Shown here in pieces: positions 47,354 through 56,827 of a DNA stretch of 64,000 bases. Under the pieces are notes generated by a model. It made no database searches and was not told where the DNA came from. It saw only the letters and a program-made list of their open reading frames with translations. This DNA is from Candidatus Dormiibacterota bacterium. GTDB taxonomy: Bacteria; Chloroflexota; Dormibacteria; Aeolococcales; Aeolococcaceae. The position numbers were made by a program, and so were the translations under genes. The DNA lies in the NCBI GenBank assembly GCA_963718525.1, contig OY970355.1, forward strand, positions 3,232,001 through 3,296,000. The letters run 5' to 3'. How positions within the stretch are numbered: the stretch's first letter is position 1; each line of letters starts with the position of its first letter.

Positions 47354-48397
47354 TCACATCACCGCCGCGTAGATTTCCTCGAGGCGCTTGCCGATCGCGT
47401 CCCAGGAGTGCTCGGCGAGCACCACCTCGCGCCCCCGAGCCCCCGCTTCCGCACGCCGTGCGGGGTCGCCGAGCCACGCCACTGCCGCGGCGCGCAGGGC
47501 GGCCAGGTCGCCGGCTGGCACAAGCGCCCCGCCGACGCCGACCGCGTCGCGCAACCCATCGACGTCAAACCCCACCACGGGGGTCCCGGCTGCCTGCGCC
47601 TCGAGCGCCACCATGCCCAGCCCCTCGAACCGCGAGGGCATCAGCACGATCGCCGCCCGTGCGTATTCACGGTTCAGCGATTCGCGGTCGAGCGCGCCCA
47701 GGTATTCGATGCGCCCGCCGCTCGACTGCGCCGCCCGCCGCACCTCGGTCTCGAGACTGCCTCCGCCAACGAGGACACCCTGCACCCGCGGATCCTCCCG
47801 GGTGAGCATCTCCAGGACGGAGATCGCGTCGAGCGCACCCTTCTCGCGCTCCATGCGACTGACGAAGAGAACGCGCCCGTCCTCGTGCGCGACACCCGGC
47901 AGGTCCACGCGGTCGACACCGTTCGACAGCACCTCGATGCGCGAGGCGGGGATGCCCATCTCCAGCAGCGCATTCGCGGTGGAACGCGAGACCGGGAGCA
48001 CCATCGCCGCGCCTCGGTACGAGCGCGCCTCGACGCTGTTGAGGAGCCGCTTCACCGACCCGCGTCCGTGTGCCTGCCGGTAGGTGTGATGCGCCGTGTA
48101 GACGAGCGGGGCGCCGAGCCGTTTCCAGAGCAGGACGCCGCCGGGGCCGCCTTGCGCGTGGATCACGTCGGGTGACGCGCGCAGCAGGACCTGGGGATAT
48201 CGATTGAGCTGCAGCGAGAAATCGAGCGGCGCCCGTCCGGTGCGGCGCGCGAACGCGATCGCGTGTTCGCCGCGGCCCGAGACGGTGTGCACGCGCAGAC
48301 CGCGCCGCTCCAGCGCCGCCCGCATCCCGTGGACCACGACGCCCTGGCCACCGAGCGGTGGATCGTCGTCGTAGCTTGCAATCGTCACTCGGGTCAT
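47354..48397 (-). CDS. Glycosyltransferase family 4
   Basis: PLGGQG, R.EREKG, PSRFEGLGMVALEAQAAGTPVV; ATGA overlap with mutM. Confidence 0.9.
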   Translation of the reverse strand: MTRVTIASYDDDPPLGGQGVVVHGMRAALERRGLRVHTVSGRGEHAIAFARRTGRAPLDFSLQLNRYPQVLLRASPDVIHAQGGPGGVLLWKRLGAPLVYTAHHTYRQAHGRGSVKRLLNSVEARSYRGAAMVLPVSRSTANALLEMGIPASRIEVLSNGVDRVDLPGVAHEDGRVLFVSRMEREKGALDAISVLEMLTREDPRVQGVLVGGGSLETEVRRAAQSSGGRIEYLGALDRESLNREYARAAIVLMPSRFEGLGMVALEAQAAGTPVVGFDVDGLRDAVGVGGALVPAGDLAALRAAAVAWLGDPARRAEAGARGREVVLAEHSWDAIGKRLEEIYAAVM

Positions 48398-49218
48398 CGC
48401 TGGCAGCTCGGGCAGTACACCGTGGTGCGACCGGCGGTGACGGTGCGGCGCAGGGTCGTACCGCACACGAAACAGGGCAGGCCACCGCGTCCATACACCT
48501 GGAGGCGCTCCTGATTGCTCCCGCGCGCATTCCACACGTCGCGGTAGTCGTCGACGCTGCTGCCGCGGTTGGCCACAGCTGCAGTGAGCACGCGCGGGAT
48601 TGCGTCGAGCAGGGCTGCTCGTTCACGCCGTGTGAGGCGATGACACCGCCGGGTTGGACGGACGCCCGCGAGGAAACACGCTTCGTCGATGTAGATGTTG
48701 CCGAGGCCCGCCACGCCTTTCTGATCGAGCAGCGCGGCCTTGACCGTCCGGGTGGTGTTGCGAAGTACAGCGTCAAGTTGCGCCTGCGAAAACGTGTCCG
48801 AAAGGGGTTCCACACCCAGTCGAGGCAGGACCCCGGCTGTCGTCAAGGCTTCGCGCGAACCGTAGGCCACGCGGCCGAAGCGTCGCGCGTCGTCGAAACG
48901 GAGCTCGTTGCCGTCGTCCAACTCGGCGCGGATATGCGTGTGCTTGGCTACCGGGGCATCCGCGTCGCAGACCAGCAGGTGCCCTGTCATGCCGAGATGC
49001 ACCATCAGCTCGTCGCCGGAATCCAGTTCCAGCAGCAGGTACTTGCCGCGGCGATCCACGTTCTCGAAATGCTGCCCCGCGAGCAGCGCCGGGAGCATCC
49101 GTCCATCGGGGTAACGGACGATGTCGGGGCGGTCGACGGTCACCTGCTCGATGCGCCGGCCCCTGAGCACACCGCGAAGGTCACCTGCGACCGTCTCCAC
49201 CTCCGGGAGCTCGGGCAC
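48394..49218 (-). CDS. mutM: Formamidopyrimidine-DNA glycosylase
   Basis: PELPEVET, RRGKYLL, HLGMTG, GLGNIYIDE, C-terminal zinc finger. Confidence 0.97.
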   Translation of the reverse strand: MPELPEVETVAGDLRGVLRGRRIEQVTVDRPDIVRYPDGRMLPALLAGQHFENVDRRGKYLLLELDSGDELMVHLGMTGHLLVCDADAPVAKHTHIRAELDDGNELRFDDARRFGRVAYGSREALTTAGVLPRLGVEPLSDTFSQAQLDAVLRNTTRTVKAALLDQKGVAGLGNIYIDEACFLAGVRPTRRCHRLTRRERAALLDAIPRVLTAAVANRGSSVDDYRDVWNARGSNQERLQVYGRGGLPCFVCGTTLRRTVTAGRTTVYCPSCQR

Positions 49219-49219
49219 T

Positions 49220-51973
49220 TCAGTTCCTCGCGATGGGCGTCATGTCCCCCCAGTTGTCGCCGACCTTGACGTCAACATCGAGGGGGACCTTGAGCGCCTC
49301 GGCGGCGCCCATGCGATCCCGGAGCAGCGCGACCACGTCGTCGACCTCCTCCGCCGGGGCCTCGAGCAGCAGCTCGTCGTGGACCTGGAGGAGGATCCGG
49401 CTGCGCAGGCCCGCCTCGCTCAGCGCGTGGTCGACCAGGATCATTGCCTGCTTCATGATGTCGGCGGCGCCACCCTGAATCGGCATGTTCACCGCCATGC
49501 GCTCGGCGGCGAAACGGAGCTGGCGGTTGGCGGCGCGGATGTCGGCGATGTAGCGACGCCGCCCGATGAACGTCTCCACCCAGCCGTACTCCCGCGCATG
49601 ATTGCGCACCCCCTCGAGGTAGACGGTGACCGCGGGAAAATTGCGGAAATACGCATCGATGAACGCATGCGCGTCCTCGCGGCTCATGCCCGTGTCGCGC
49701 GCGAGACCGAAGTCGCTCAGCCCATAGACCACGCCGAAATTGACCACCTTGGCGATGCGGCGCATGTCGGGGGTCACCGCCTCGGGTTCGACCCCGTAGA
49801 CCTCGGCAGCGGTGCGCCGGTGGATGTCCTCGCCGCGCTGGAACGCTTCGATCAACTCCGTTTCGCCGGTGACGTGCGCGAGCACGCGGAGCTCGACCTG
49901 GGAGTAGTCGGCGCTGACCAGGCGCTGGCCGCGGTCCGCATGGAACGCACGCCGGATCCGCTGTCCCCACTGCGTGCGCACGGGGATGTTCTGCAGGTTC
50001 GGATCCGAGGACGACAAACGCCCGGTGGTCGCGACCGCCTGATTGAACGACGTGTGCACACGTGAGTCGGCGGTGCACAGGAGCGGCAGCGCATCGACAT
50101 ACGTGCTCTTCAGCTTGGTGAGCTGCCGCCATTCGAGGACCAGATCGACGATGGGATGCTCGCCGCGCAGGGCTTCGAGGGTGTCGGCGTCGGTGCTCCG
50201 TCCGGTCTTGGTCTTTCGCCCGCTGGCGAGACCGAGGTCGTCGTAGAGAAAGCGCCCGAGCTGCTGCGTGCTTCCGGGGTTGAACGTGTACCCGGCGACC
50301 TCCTGCACCTCGTTCTCGATCTCGGTGATGCGCGTGTGCATCTCGGCGCTGATCGATCCGAGCAGGTCGCAATCGACGGCAACTCCCTCCACCTCCATCG
50401 CGGCGAGGATGGGGATCAGGGGCAGCTCCATGGTGTCATGGAGCTGCGTGGCGTTCGCTCGCTCCATGGCGCTGATCAACTTCTCGCCAACCGGGTCGAT
50501 CAGGCCGACCCACACGCCGTAGTACGCTGCGGCCTCCTCCACCGGAACGTCTGCGATGCCGCGTTTGCCCCTGCCGCTCCCGAGCAGCGTCTCCTCCGCC
50601 TCGACGCTCAACAGGGCAAGGTCGTGCGCCAGAACCGGCAGTGTCGGAACCTTGAGCCGCGAATTGGTGAGGTACGCGGCGAGCAGCGCATCGAACCGCA
50701 GTCCCTGAATGGCGATGCCACGCCGCCGCCATCCGAGGAGTTCGCGCTTGAGGTCGTAGCCGCGTTTGGCAATAGTGCTGTCGACGAGCACCTCTTCCAG
50801 GGCGGTGATCGCCGCCGGATCAGCATTGCGCTCCAGCCCCGCATGCCACACCGGCATGTAATAGGCGATGTCCTCACCCTTCGGGGCGAACGCGACGCCG
50901 ATCATGTCGCCGGTTCGCGGATTGCCGTCGATCACCGTGCGCAGGTTCATGGCACCGGCCGCGCGTATGCGCTGCAGGGCGTCAGCGGCTTGATGCGCAT
51001 CGACGACGAGTTCGACGTCGGTCGCCGGCGACTGGAGATCTCCAGGCAGGGCTGGCGCATCGTTCGCGGATGGTGGGCGTGCCGGCGCCGCGCCGTCCTC
51101 AACAACGCGTCCGGGGAGGCGCGGCAGGAGGCTGCGAAACTCGAGACGGTCGAACAATTCGCGCACTGCGGATTCGTCGTAGTTGAAGAGGCGCGCACCC
51201 TCGAGGGGGAGGTCGACGTCCACGTCAACCTTGATGGTCGCGGTCCATTTGCTCAACCGCGCTTGCTCCATGTGGCTTTCCAGCGCGCGCTGCACGCGGC
51301 CCGGCGGCATTGTCGGCACCGCTGCGAGCACGTTCTCGAGCGGTCCGTACTGCTGCACCAACGACATGGCGGTCTTCTCACCGATCCCCGGGACACCGGG
51401 GATGTTGTCGCTCGGATCCCCTTGCAGCGCCTTGAAATCGACGACCAGCGGCGGTTCGAAGCCGTATCGTTCGCGCACCTTGTCGAGGTCGTAGATGATC
51501 GTGTCGCTGAGACCGCGCCGGCTTGCGAAGACGCGGATGTGCTCGGTGACGAGCTGGAGCACATCGAGGTCGCCCGTCAGGATGATGACGTCGAGTCCCG
51601 CGGCTTCAGCCTTTTGCGCCAGCGTGCCGATGACGTCATCGGCCTCGAAGGTCGGGATCTCGACGATGGGGATGCCGAGCGCCTCCACCACCTCACGCGC
51701 CCACGGAAACTGGGCACGTAGCTCGTCCGGGGCGCGCTGGCGTTGCGCCTTGTACTCCGCGAACTTCTCGTGCCGAAAGGTCGGTCCTGGAGGATCGAAC
51801 GCCGCGATGGCATACGTCGGCATGGTGTCGTTCAGCGCCTTGAAGAGCATCGACGTGAAGCCGTACGCGGCGTTGGTCATCTCGCCCCGGCTGTTGCTCA
51901 GTGCGGGCATCGCGTGGAACGCGCGGTACACGAGATTGTGTCCATCCACCAGCAACAGGGTCTCGCGAGCCAC
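49220..51973 (-). CDS. polA: DNA polymerase I
   Basis: 5'-3' exonuclease (LVDGHNLVYRAFHA, EADDVIGT), TGRLSSSDPNLQNIP, ADYSQVELR, QVHDEL. Confidence 0.97.
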   Translation of the reverse strand: MARETLLLVDGHNLVYRAFHAMPALSNSRGEMTNAAYGFTSMLFKALNDTMPTYAIAAFDPPGPTFRHEKFAEYKAQRQRAPDELRAQFPWAREVVEALGIPIVEIPTFEADDVIGTLAQKAEAAGLDVIILTGDLDVLQLVTEHIRVFASRRGLSDTIIYDLDKVRERYGFEPPLVVDFKALQGDPSDNIPGVPGIGEKTAMSLVQQYGPLENVLAAVPTMPPGRVQRALESHMEQARLSKWTATIKVDVDVDLPLEGARLFNYDESAVRELFDRLEFRSLLPRLPGRVVEDGAAPARPPSANDAPALPGDLQSPATDVELVVDAHQAADALQRIRAAGAMNLRTVIDGNPRTGDMIGVAFAPKGEDIAYYMPVWHAGLERNADPAAITALEEVLVDSTIAKRGYDLKRELLGWRRRGIAIQGLRFDALLAAYLTNSRLKVPTLPVLAHDLALLSVEAEETLLGSGRGKRGIADVPVEEAAAYYGVWVGLIDPVGEKLISAMERANATQLHDTMELPLIPILAAMEVEGVAVDCDLLGSISAEMHTRITEIENEVQEVAGYTFNPGSTQQLGRFLYDDLGLASGRKTKTGRSTDADTLEALRGEHPIVDLVLEWRQLTKLKSTYVDALPLLCTADSRVHTSFNQAVATTGRLSSSDPNLQNIPVRTQWGQRIRRAFHADRGQRLVSADYSQVELRVLAHVTGETELIEAFQRGEDIHRRTAAEVYGVEPEAVTPDMRRIAKVVNFGVVYGLSDFGLARDTGMSREDAHAFIDAYFRNFPAVTVYLEGVRNHAREYGWVETFIGRRRYIADIRAANRQLRFAAERMAVNMPIQGGAADIMKQAMILVDHALSEAGLRSRILLQVHDELLLEAPAEEVDDVVALLRDRMGAAEALKVPLDVDVKVGDNWGDMTPIARN

Positions 51974-52040
51974 AGCGGTCCATGGTAGCGGCGAGGCCGG
52001 TATGTCCTCGGCAACGCACCTCCGGGGTTATGATCGAGGC

Positions 52041-52571
52041 ATGGCCGACCTGGTGGAAATGACCGTCGACAGCATCAGGGTGCACATGCCGACCGGCCAG
52101 CACGTCGTCATCCTCAAGGAGAAGACGGCTGACCGCTACCTTCCGATCTGGATCGGCATCAACGAGGCCAACGCCATCGCGCTGAAGATCACCGGGATCA
52201 CCCCGGAGCGGCCGATCACCCACGACCTGCTCGCCAATCTCCTCAGCGCCGTCGACGTCACCGTCGAGCGGATCGTGGTCACGTCCCTGAGCAACGAGGT
52301 GTTCTACGCGCGGATCCTCGCTCAGGTCGACGGCCGGCGCCTGGAGATCAACTCGCGACCCTCGGACGCGATCGCCGTCGCGGTGCGAGTCGGAGCGGGC
52401 ATCTTCGTCGCCGACGAGGTGCTGGACAAGGCCGGCGTCCTCCCGGAGGCGGACAAGGACGGCGATCTCACCGAGGCGGATCCCGAAAGCGAGGAGCGGC
52501 TCGCCAAGATTCGCGACTGGGTGAACACGCTCAACCTGCCGGACCTCGGTACCGGGGCCTCGGAGAGCTGA
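52041..52571 (+). CDS. Bifunctional nuclease family (DUF151) protein
   Basis: LPIWIG..EA.AI, RPITHDL, SRPSDAIA. Confidence 0.9.
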   Translation: MADLVEMTVDSIRVHMPTGQHVVILKEKTADRYLPIWIGINEANAIALKITGITPERPITHDLLANLLSAVDVTVERIVVTSLSNEVFYARILAQVDGRRLEINSRPSDAIAVAVRVGAGIFVADEVLDKAGVLPEADKDGDLTEADPESEERLAKIRDWVNTLNLPDLGTGASES

Positions 52572-52577
52572 CTCTGC

Positions 52578-54146
52578 TCAGGCCCTGAAGAGCGACCAGA
52601 ACCCGGGGTCCTCAAAACCGAGGCGCCAGGCGGCGATACCGGCGAGGCCGTACGTGTGGACGAGCGCAACCTTGCGAGCCAGGCTGTCGGCGTCGTCGAA
52701 GTAGCTGATGAGGGAATTGTTCGGCTGGACGATGAAGGGTGTCTGCGCGCTGAAGTCATAGTCGACCCTCGCTCCCGGCATGGACAGCGCGTTGTACAGG
52801 ATGTTCGAGTACGCGGATGCGCCCCCGAAGCTCCCCCAGGCACGCCCATAGAGCGGAACCCCGAGGAGCACGTGGGCCGGGTTGAGATCCGGCAGCGTCG
52901 CCTCGAGGATCGCGCGGTCCCAGTCCAGTCCGGCGACGGGGCCGGGCGTTCCCCCATCACCGTGCTGGTCATAGGCCATCAGATCCACGTAGTCGGCCGC
53001 CTTCCCAATCGCCGCGATGTCATAGGCGGCGGAGTACGGGTTCACCCCGGCGAAATCGTGCGGGACCACGTCGACGATCAGCTTGGCGCCGTGGGCGTGG
53101 ACCGCGGTCGCGAGCTGCTGGACGAACGCGGTGAAGGGCGCCTTGTCGGCGGTGAGCATTCCCTCGAAGTCGACGTTGATGCCCTTGTAGCCGTCGAATC
53201 GGATGGCGGCGACCATCTCATTGATCAGGACGCTGGTCGCATGCGGGTTGTTGAGCAGCTGATCGGTGGCCGTCGGATTCGTGGAGTCATTTGCCAGCGA
53301 CGGCCAGATGGGCAGACCCGCAGCTCCGGCGCGCCCCACCGCGGACTGATCGGGGGTGCCGAGGATCGACCCGTCTGCCTGTGGTTGCCAGCCGAGCGGC
53401 GTGACCTGGGTGACCGCGCCGAGGTGAAAGGCGAACGACGTGTTCGACGCCGAGGTGTTGATCACGAACGCGTCAACAGGGATGCCCGCGACGCTCGGAG
53501 CTGCGGGCACCGTCACACGCCGAACGCCGTGTCGAGGGATCCCCACCAGGGAGAGCGCGATCCCCGGGTCGAGGTGCGACTCGCCGGCCGTGGGGATGGT
53601 CGACGGCAGCGTGATCGACGCCGGCGGTCTGCCGCTCCAGCTGACCCGCGCGTGGGTCCCGTCGATCCACGTGATCGTGGCGCCGGGGAGCGCCGCAGCC
53701 ACGGCCGTCTGGTCCGGGGCGTCGTCGAAGACCGCGTCGACCACCAACCCGCTGGCTGGATCGATGTGTGCCGCCACCATGGCGGCCGTTGGGGCAATCA
53801 CCGTGAAAGCGAAGCTCTGGGTGCCGAGGCCGGCGACCGCGACCGACAGGTGATGACTGGAGGACAGCGGAAGTGGTTTGACCGTCGCCAGCAGGTCCTG
53901 GTTCCGGCTGGCGAGCGCCAGATGATTCCCGTCGAGGGTCGCACTGACGTCCGAAGCCTGAAGGGGAGCACCCGTGGCGTGCAGGCGGAGATCCAGGTTG
54001 GGCGGCACGTCGGCCGAGCCCGAACGCAGTCCGACCCCTCCGACGGTGATCACGACGTAGCCGTAGTTGGGCGGTGAGCCGAACCCGCTGAAGCTGCAGC
54101 CGGAGACCAGCAGCGCCACAGCCAGGCACGCCAGGCGGCGGTGCAT
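52578..54146 (-). CDS. Glycoside hydrolase family 18 lipoprotein with N-terminal Ig-like region
   Basis: LVSGC lipobox; DGYKGINVDFE catalytic motif, LMAYDQH, LGVPLYG, GIAAWRLGFED. Confidence 0.88.
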   Translation of the reverse strand: MHRRLACLAVALLVSGCSFSGFGSPPNYGYVVITVGGVGLRSGSADVPPNLDLRLHATGAPLQASDVSATLDGNHLALASRNQDLLATVKPLPLSSSHHLSVAVAGLGTQSFAFTVIAPTAAMVAAHIDPASGLVVDAVFDDAPDQTAVAAALPGATITWIDGTHARVSWSGRPPASITLPSTIPTAGESHLDPGIALSLVGIPRHGVRRVTVPAAPSVAGIPVDAFVINTSASNTSFAFHLGAVTQVTPLGWQPQADGSILGTPDQSAVGRAGAAGLPIWPSLANDSTNPTATDQLLNNPHATSVLINEMVAAIRFDGYKGINVDFEGMLTADKAPFTAFVQQLATAVHAHGAKLIVDVVPHDFAGVNPYSAAYDIAAIGKAADYVDLMAYDQHGDGGTPGPVAGLDWDRAILEATLPDLNPAHVLLGVPLYGRAWGSFGGASAYSNILYNALSMPGARVDYDFSAQTPFIVQPNNSLISYFDDADSLARKVALVHTYGLAGIAAWRLGFEDPGFWSLFRA

Positions 54147-54198
54147 TGCCTCGCAGTCTAGAGAAGGATGTGCTCGATACGATCGAGCAAGCCCGGAC

Positions 54199-55122
54199 TC
54201 AGCGGGTTGTGAGCGTCAGCTCCGCGGTCAGGGGCGGGCTCCCGGGGGCGGTGAAGTTGGCCGGGATTGTGGCGATGACGTGGATCTCGGTCCCGGGGGC
54301 CAGGCCCGCTGGAACCTGGAAGGTCAGGAGCGGCCCGGCCGATCCCCCGAATTGGAGCCCGGAACCAGCCCCGTTCGCGCCGGCGGCCACTGGTGTCTGC
54401 ACGGATCCAGCGGCCGCCGGGTTGGCCGGCACATTCAGGGTCGTGCCCACCTGGACCGACACGCACGGGAGCACCGCACGCGCGACCGGGCTCGTCGATG
54501 CCGCTCCCGGAATCGCGGCCTCCGGAACAGGAGCCGAGAACTGCGCGTAGACGACCGCCTGCTGGCCTGGGGTCACCTGAAGTGACGTCGCGGCGAGCAC
54601 CAGGTGGAGCGCCGGTTGGGCCGGGTCGGTGGCCAGGTTCTCCTGGGTGAAGCCGGGAGGCGGCGACGCGCCGGCGATGTTCGTGTACGCGTGCGTACAG
54701 GCCGCCGCTGCCGCAGGCTGCGGCAGCGAAGAACCAGGCGTTGCGACCGCGGAGGTCGCCACCGAGCCACCGCCGCCGACGCCGTGAACGACCGCGACGA
54801 TCAGGAGAACGACCGCAACCCCGCCGGCCAGCGCAGTCGCCGGAAAGCGACGCAACAGGCCGAGGTTGATCCGGCTCCATCCGAGACGGTGCTCGGGGGA
54901 ACGCTCGGCGACCGGTGCAGTCGACGGGAGATGCACGACGTGGGGCATTCGCGCCTTGGGCAGCTCGTGCAGGGCTTCGATCGTGGTCCGGAACTCCGCA
55001 TAAGCGGTGGCGCACGGCTCGCACGACTGCATGTGTGCTCGGAACCTCGCCTCATCGATGGGCGAGAGCTCGTCCTCGTAAGCGGAGGTGAACAGATCGT
55101 CGAGGTGGCGGCGCGGGGTCAT
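54199..55122 (-). CDS. Zinc-binding (ZAS/zf-HC2) anti-sigma factor
   Basis: HMQSCEPC (HxxxCxxC), TM, ectodomain; ATGA overlap with the sigma. Confidence 0.88.
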   Translation of the reverse strand: MTPRRHLDDLFTSAYEDELSPIDEARFRAHMQSCEPCATAYAEFRTTIEALHELPKARMPHVVHLPSTAPVAERSPEHRLGWSRINLGLLRRFPATALAGGVAVVLLIVAVVHGVGGGGSVATSAVATPGSSLPQPAAAAACTHAYTNIAGASPPPGFTQENLATDPAQPALHLVLAATSLQVTPGQQAVVYAQFSAPVPEAAIPGAASTSPVARAVLPCVSVQVGTTLNVPANPAAAGSVQTPVAAGANGAGSGLQFGGSAGPLLTFQVPAGLAPGTEIHVIATIPANFTAPGSPPLTAELTLTTR

Positions 55123-55694
55123 GCGTGCTCCTCAGCGAAACCGGGCTGCGCGGCCGTCCCCCGGAGCGCCTTGGCAAGCATCAATCGCGCCCGGTTGAGC
55201 CGCGACTTGACCGTGCCGATGGGGATGTGGAGCGCCGCGGACATCTCCTCGTAGCTCAGCTCGTTGACGTCTCTGAGGACGACCACCGCGCGGAAGTCAG
55301 GCTGCAGCGTCAGGAGCGCCAGCCGGACTGCCGCCACGCGCTCCCGGGCAAGGGCGCTCGCCTCCGGTCCCAGGCCTGGGTCCGGCAATTCGACGATGTT
55401 TCCCTCGGCATCCTCGAGGGGATCAGCGGGCTTACGGATGCCGCGTCGCTGAATGTCGTGACTGCAGTTGATCGCGACCCGGAAGAGCCATGCACGGATG
55501 GTGTGTCCGCGAAGCACGGGAATCCGCACGTAGGCGCGAAGGAAGGTTTCCTGAACGACGTCTGCGGCGTCCGCGGGGGTCCCGAGAATCCTGAGTGCCA
55601 TCGTGTAGAGCTCATCCTGGTGGCGAGTGACAATTGCGGCAAAGGCGTCGCGGTCGCCGCGGCGTGCCCGCTCGAGGAGCGCCTCGTCGTCCAT
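55119..55694 (-). CDS. ECF RNA polymerase sigma factor (SigW/SigM-like)
   Basis: DAADVVQETFLRAY, WLFRVAIN, LSYEEMS, IGTVKSRLNRAR. Confidence 0.93.
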   Translation of the reverse strand: MDDEALLERARRGDRDAFAAIVTRHQDELYTMALRILGTPADAADVVQETFLRAYVRIPVLRGHTIRAWLFRVAINCSHDIQRRGIRKPADPLEDAEGNIVELPDPGLGPEASALARERVAAVRLALLTLQPDFRAVVVLRDVNELSYEEMSAALHIPIGTVKSRLNRARLMLAKALRGTAAQPGFAEEHA

Positions 55695-55704
55695 GCATCT
55701 GAGG

Positions 55705-55731
55705 GTACGCGCGGGAGGGCATTCCGGTTCC
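55705..55731 (-). promoter_or_regulatory. Autoregulatory ECF promoter
   Basis: GGAACC-N16-CGTAC on the minus strand, 10 nt before the sigma ATG. Confidence 0.7.
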
Positions 55732-55759
55732 CGGCATGGCCCGGTACGCTGTCACCCTG

Positions 55760-55842
55760 GCCGGGGTGGCGGAATGGTAGACGCAGCGGTCTCAAAAACC
55801 GCCGAGGGCAACCTCGTGAGGGTTCGACTCCCTCTCCCGGCA
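55760..55842 (+). tRNA. tRNA-Leu(CAA)
   Basis: GCCGGGGTGGCGGAATGGTAGACGCAGCGGTCTCAAAAACCGCCGAGGGCAACCTCGTGAGGGTTCGACTCCCTCTCCCGGCA; long variable arm. Confidence 0.95.
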
Positions 55843-55904
55843 CGTTGGGCTCACGCGTGCAAACACGCGTCCGCCCGGCACGGTACGCACTGCCCTGTCC
55901 AGCA

Positions 55905-56660
55905 TTATCGTTCGGAGAGGAACGCGGCGATCGCGGTGCCGAGCTCGGGCGCGTTGAACGCGCTCTCATGACCGCCCGGCACGCGGATGAATCGAGCATT
56001 GGGCAGGAGCGCGGCCAGCTCGTCGGCATCAGCGCGCTCATCCTGATCGCCGATCGCGACAAGCGTCGGGGTCGTTATCCGGTGCAGTGCATCCTCGGGC
56101 GTCGGGACGAGCGACTCCATCATGCACACCAGGGCCCGAGGGTCGGCGCCCAGCTTGGAGATCCCGTCCGCCATGCGCGCGTCGGAAGAATCAGGCTCGA
56201 TCGCGACACCGTCGACCAGCGCAGTGAGCACACGATGAGTCGTCCCGGCGCTCTGGGGGCCGCTCACCTTGGCCAGTCCCTGTCCGGCAACAATCGCGCG
56301 GCTCGGCTTGGCACCCCGCGCGAGCATGCGCACCACGATCCGCGCCCCGAGCGAGTAACCACCAAGGTCGTAGTCCCCATCGCCGAGCCCAAGATGCTCG
56401 ACGAGCGCAAGCCCATCGTCAGCCAGCACGTCGCGCGGATACGACGCAGGATCGTGGGGCTTTGCGCTCGCTCCGTGGCCGCGCAAGTCCGGAAGCACGA
56501 CGCGATACCCCTGCTTGGTGAGCGCGTCGACCTTGCCCTGCTCGAGCCAGTGCGAACCCGCGCCCATGAAGCCGTGCAGCAGGATCAGGGGTCTGCCGGA
56601 CCCGATCTCAGCGTAAGCAAGGTCGACGCCGTCTCGGCCAACGAACCGATGAGCGCCCAT
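55905..56660 (-). CDS. Alpha/beta-fold hydrolase
   Basis: LLHGF, PDLRGHG.S, GYSLG nucleophile elbow, GDQD, PGGH. Confidence 0.9.
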   Translation of the reverse strand: MGAHRFVGRDGVDLAYAEIGSGRPLILLHGFMGAGSHWLEQGKVDALTKQGYRVVLPDLRGHGASAKPHDPASYPRDVLADDGLALVEHLGLGDGDYDLGGYSLGARIVVRMLARGAKPSRAIVAGQGLAKVSGPQSAGTTHRVLTALVDGVAIEPDSSDARMADGISKLGADPRALVCMMESLVPTPEDALHRITTPTLVAIGDQDERADADELAALLPNARFIRVPGGHESAFNAPELGTAIAAFLSER

Positions 56661-56827
56661 GTCGTGTCGATCGTAAGCCATCCAAATCGAAGGTCGGACG
56701 ATCTTTCCCTCTCCGGGCATGTTGCGCGCCCGGCACGTCGCGCCCCATGCCGCATCGCGGTGGTATCCGCGCATCGGCGCGAGCGTGCCGGAACAGTCGC
56801 GTTGCACCGCCCTCCTAGCATGATTTC

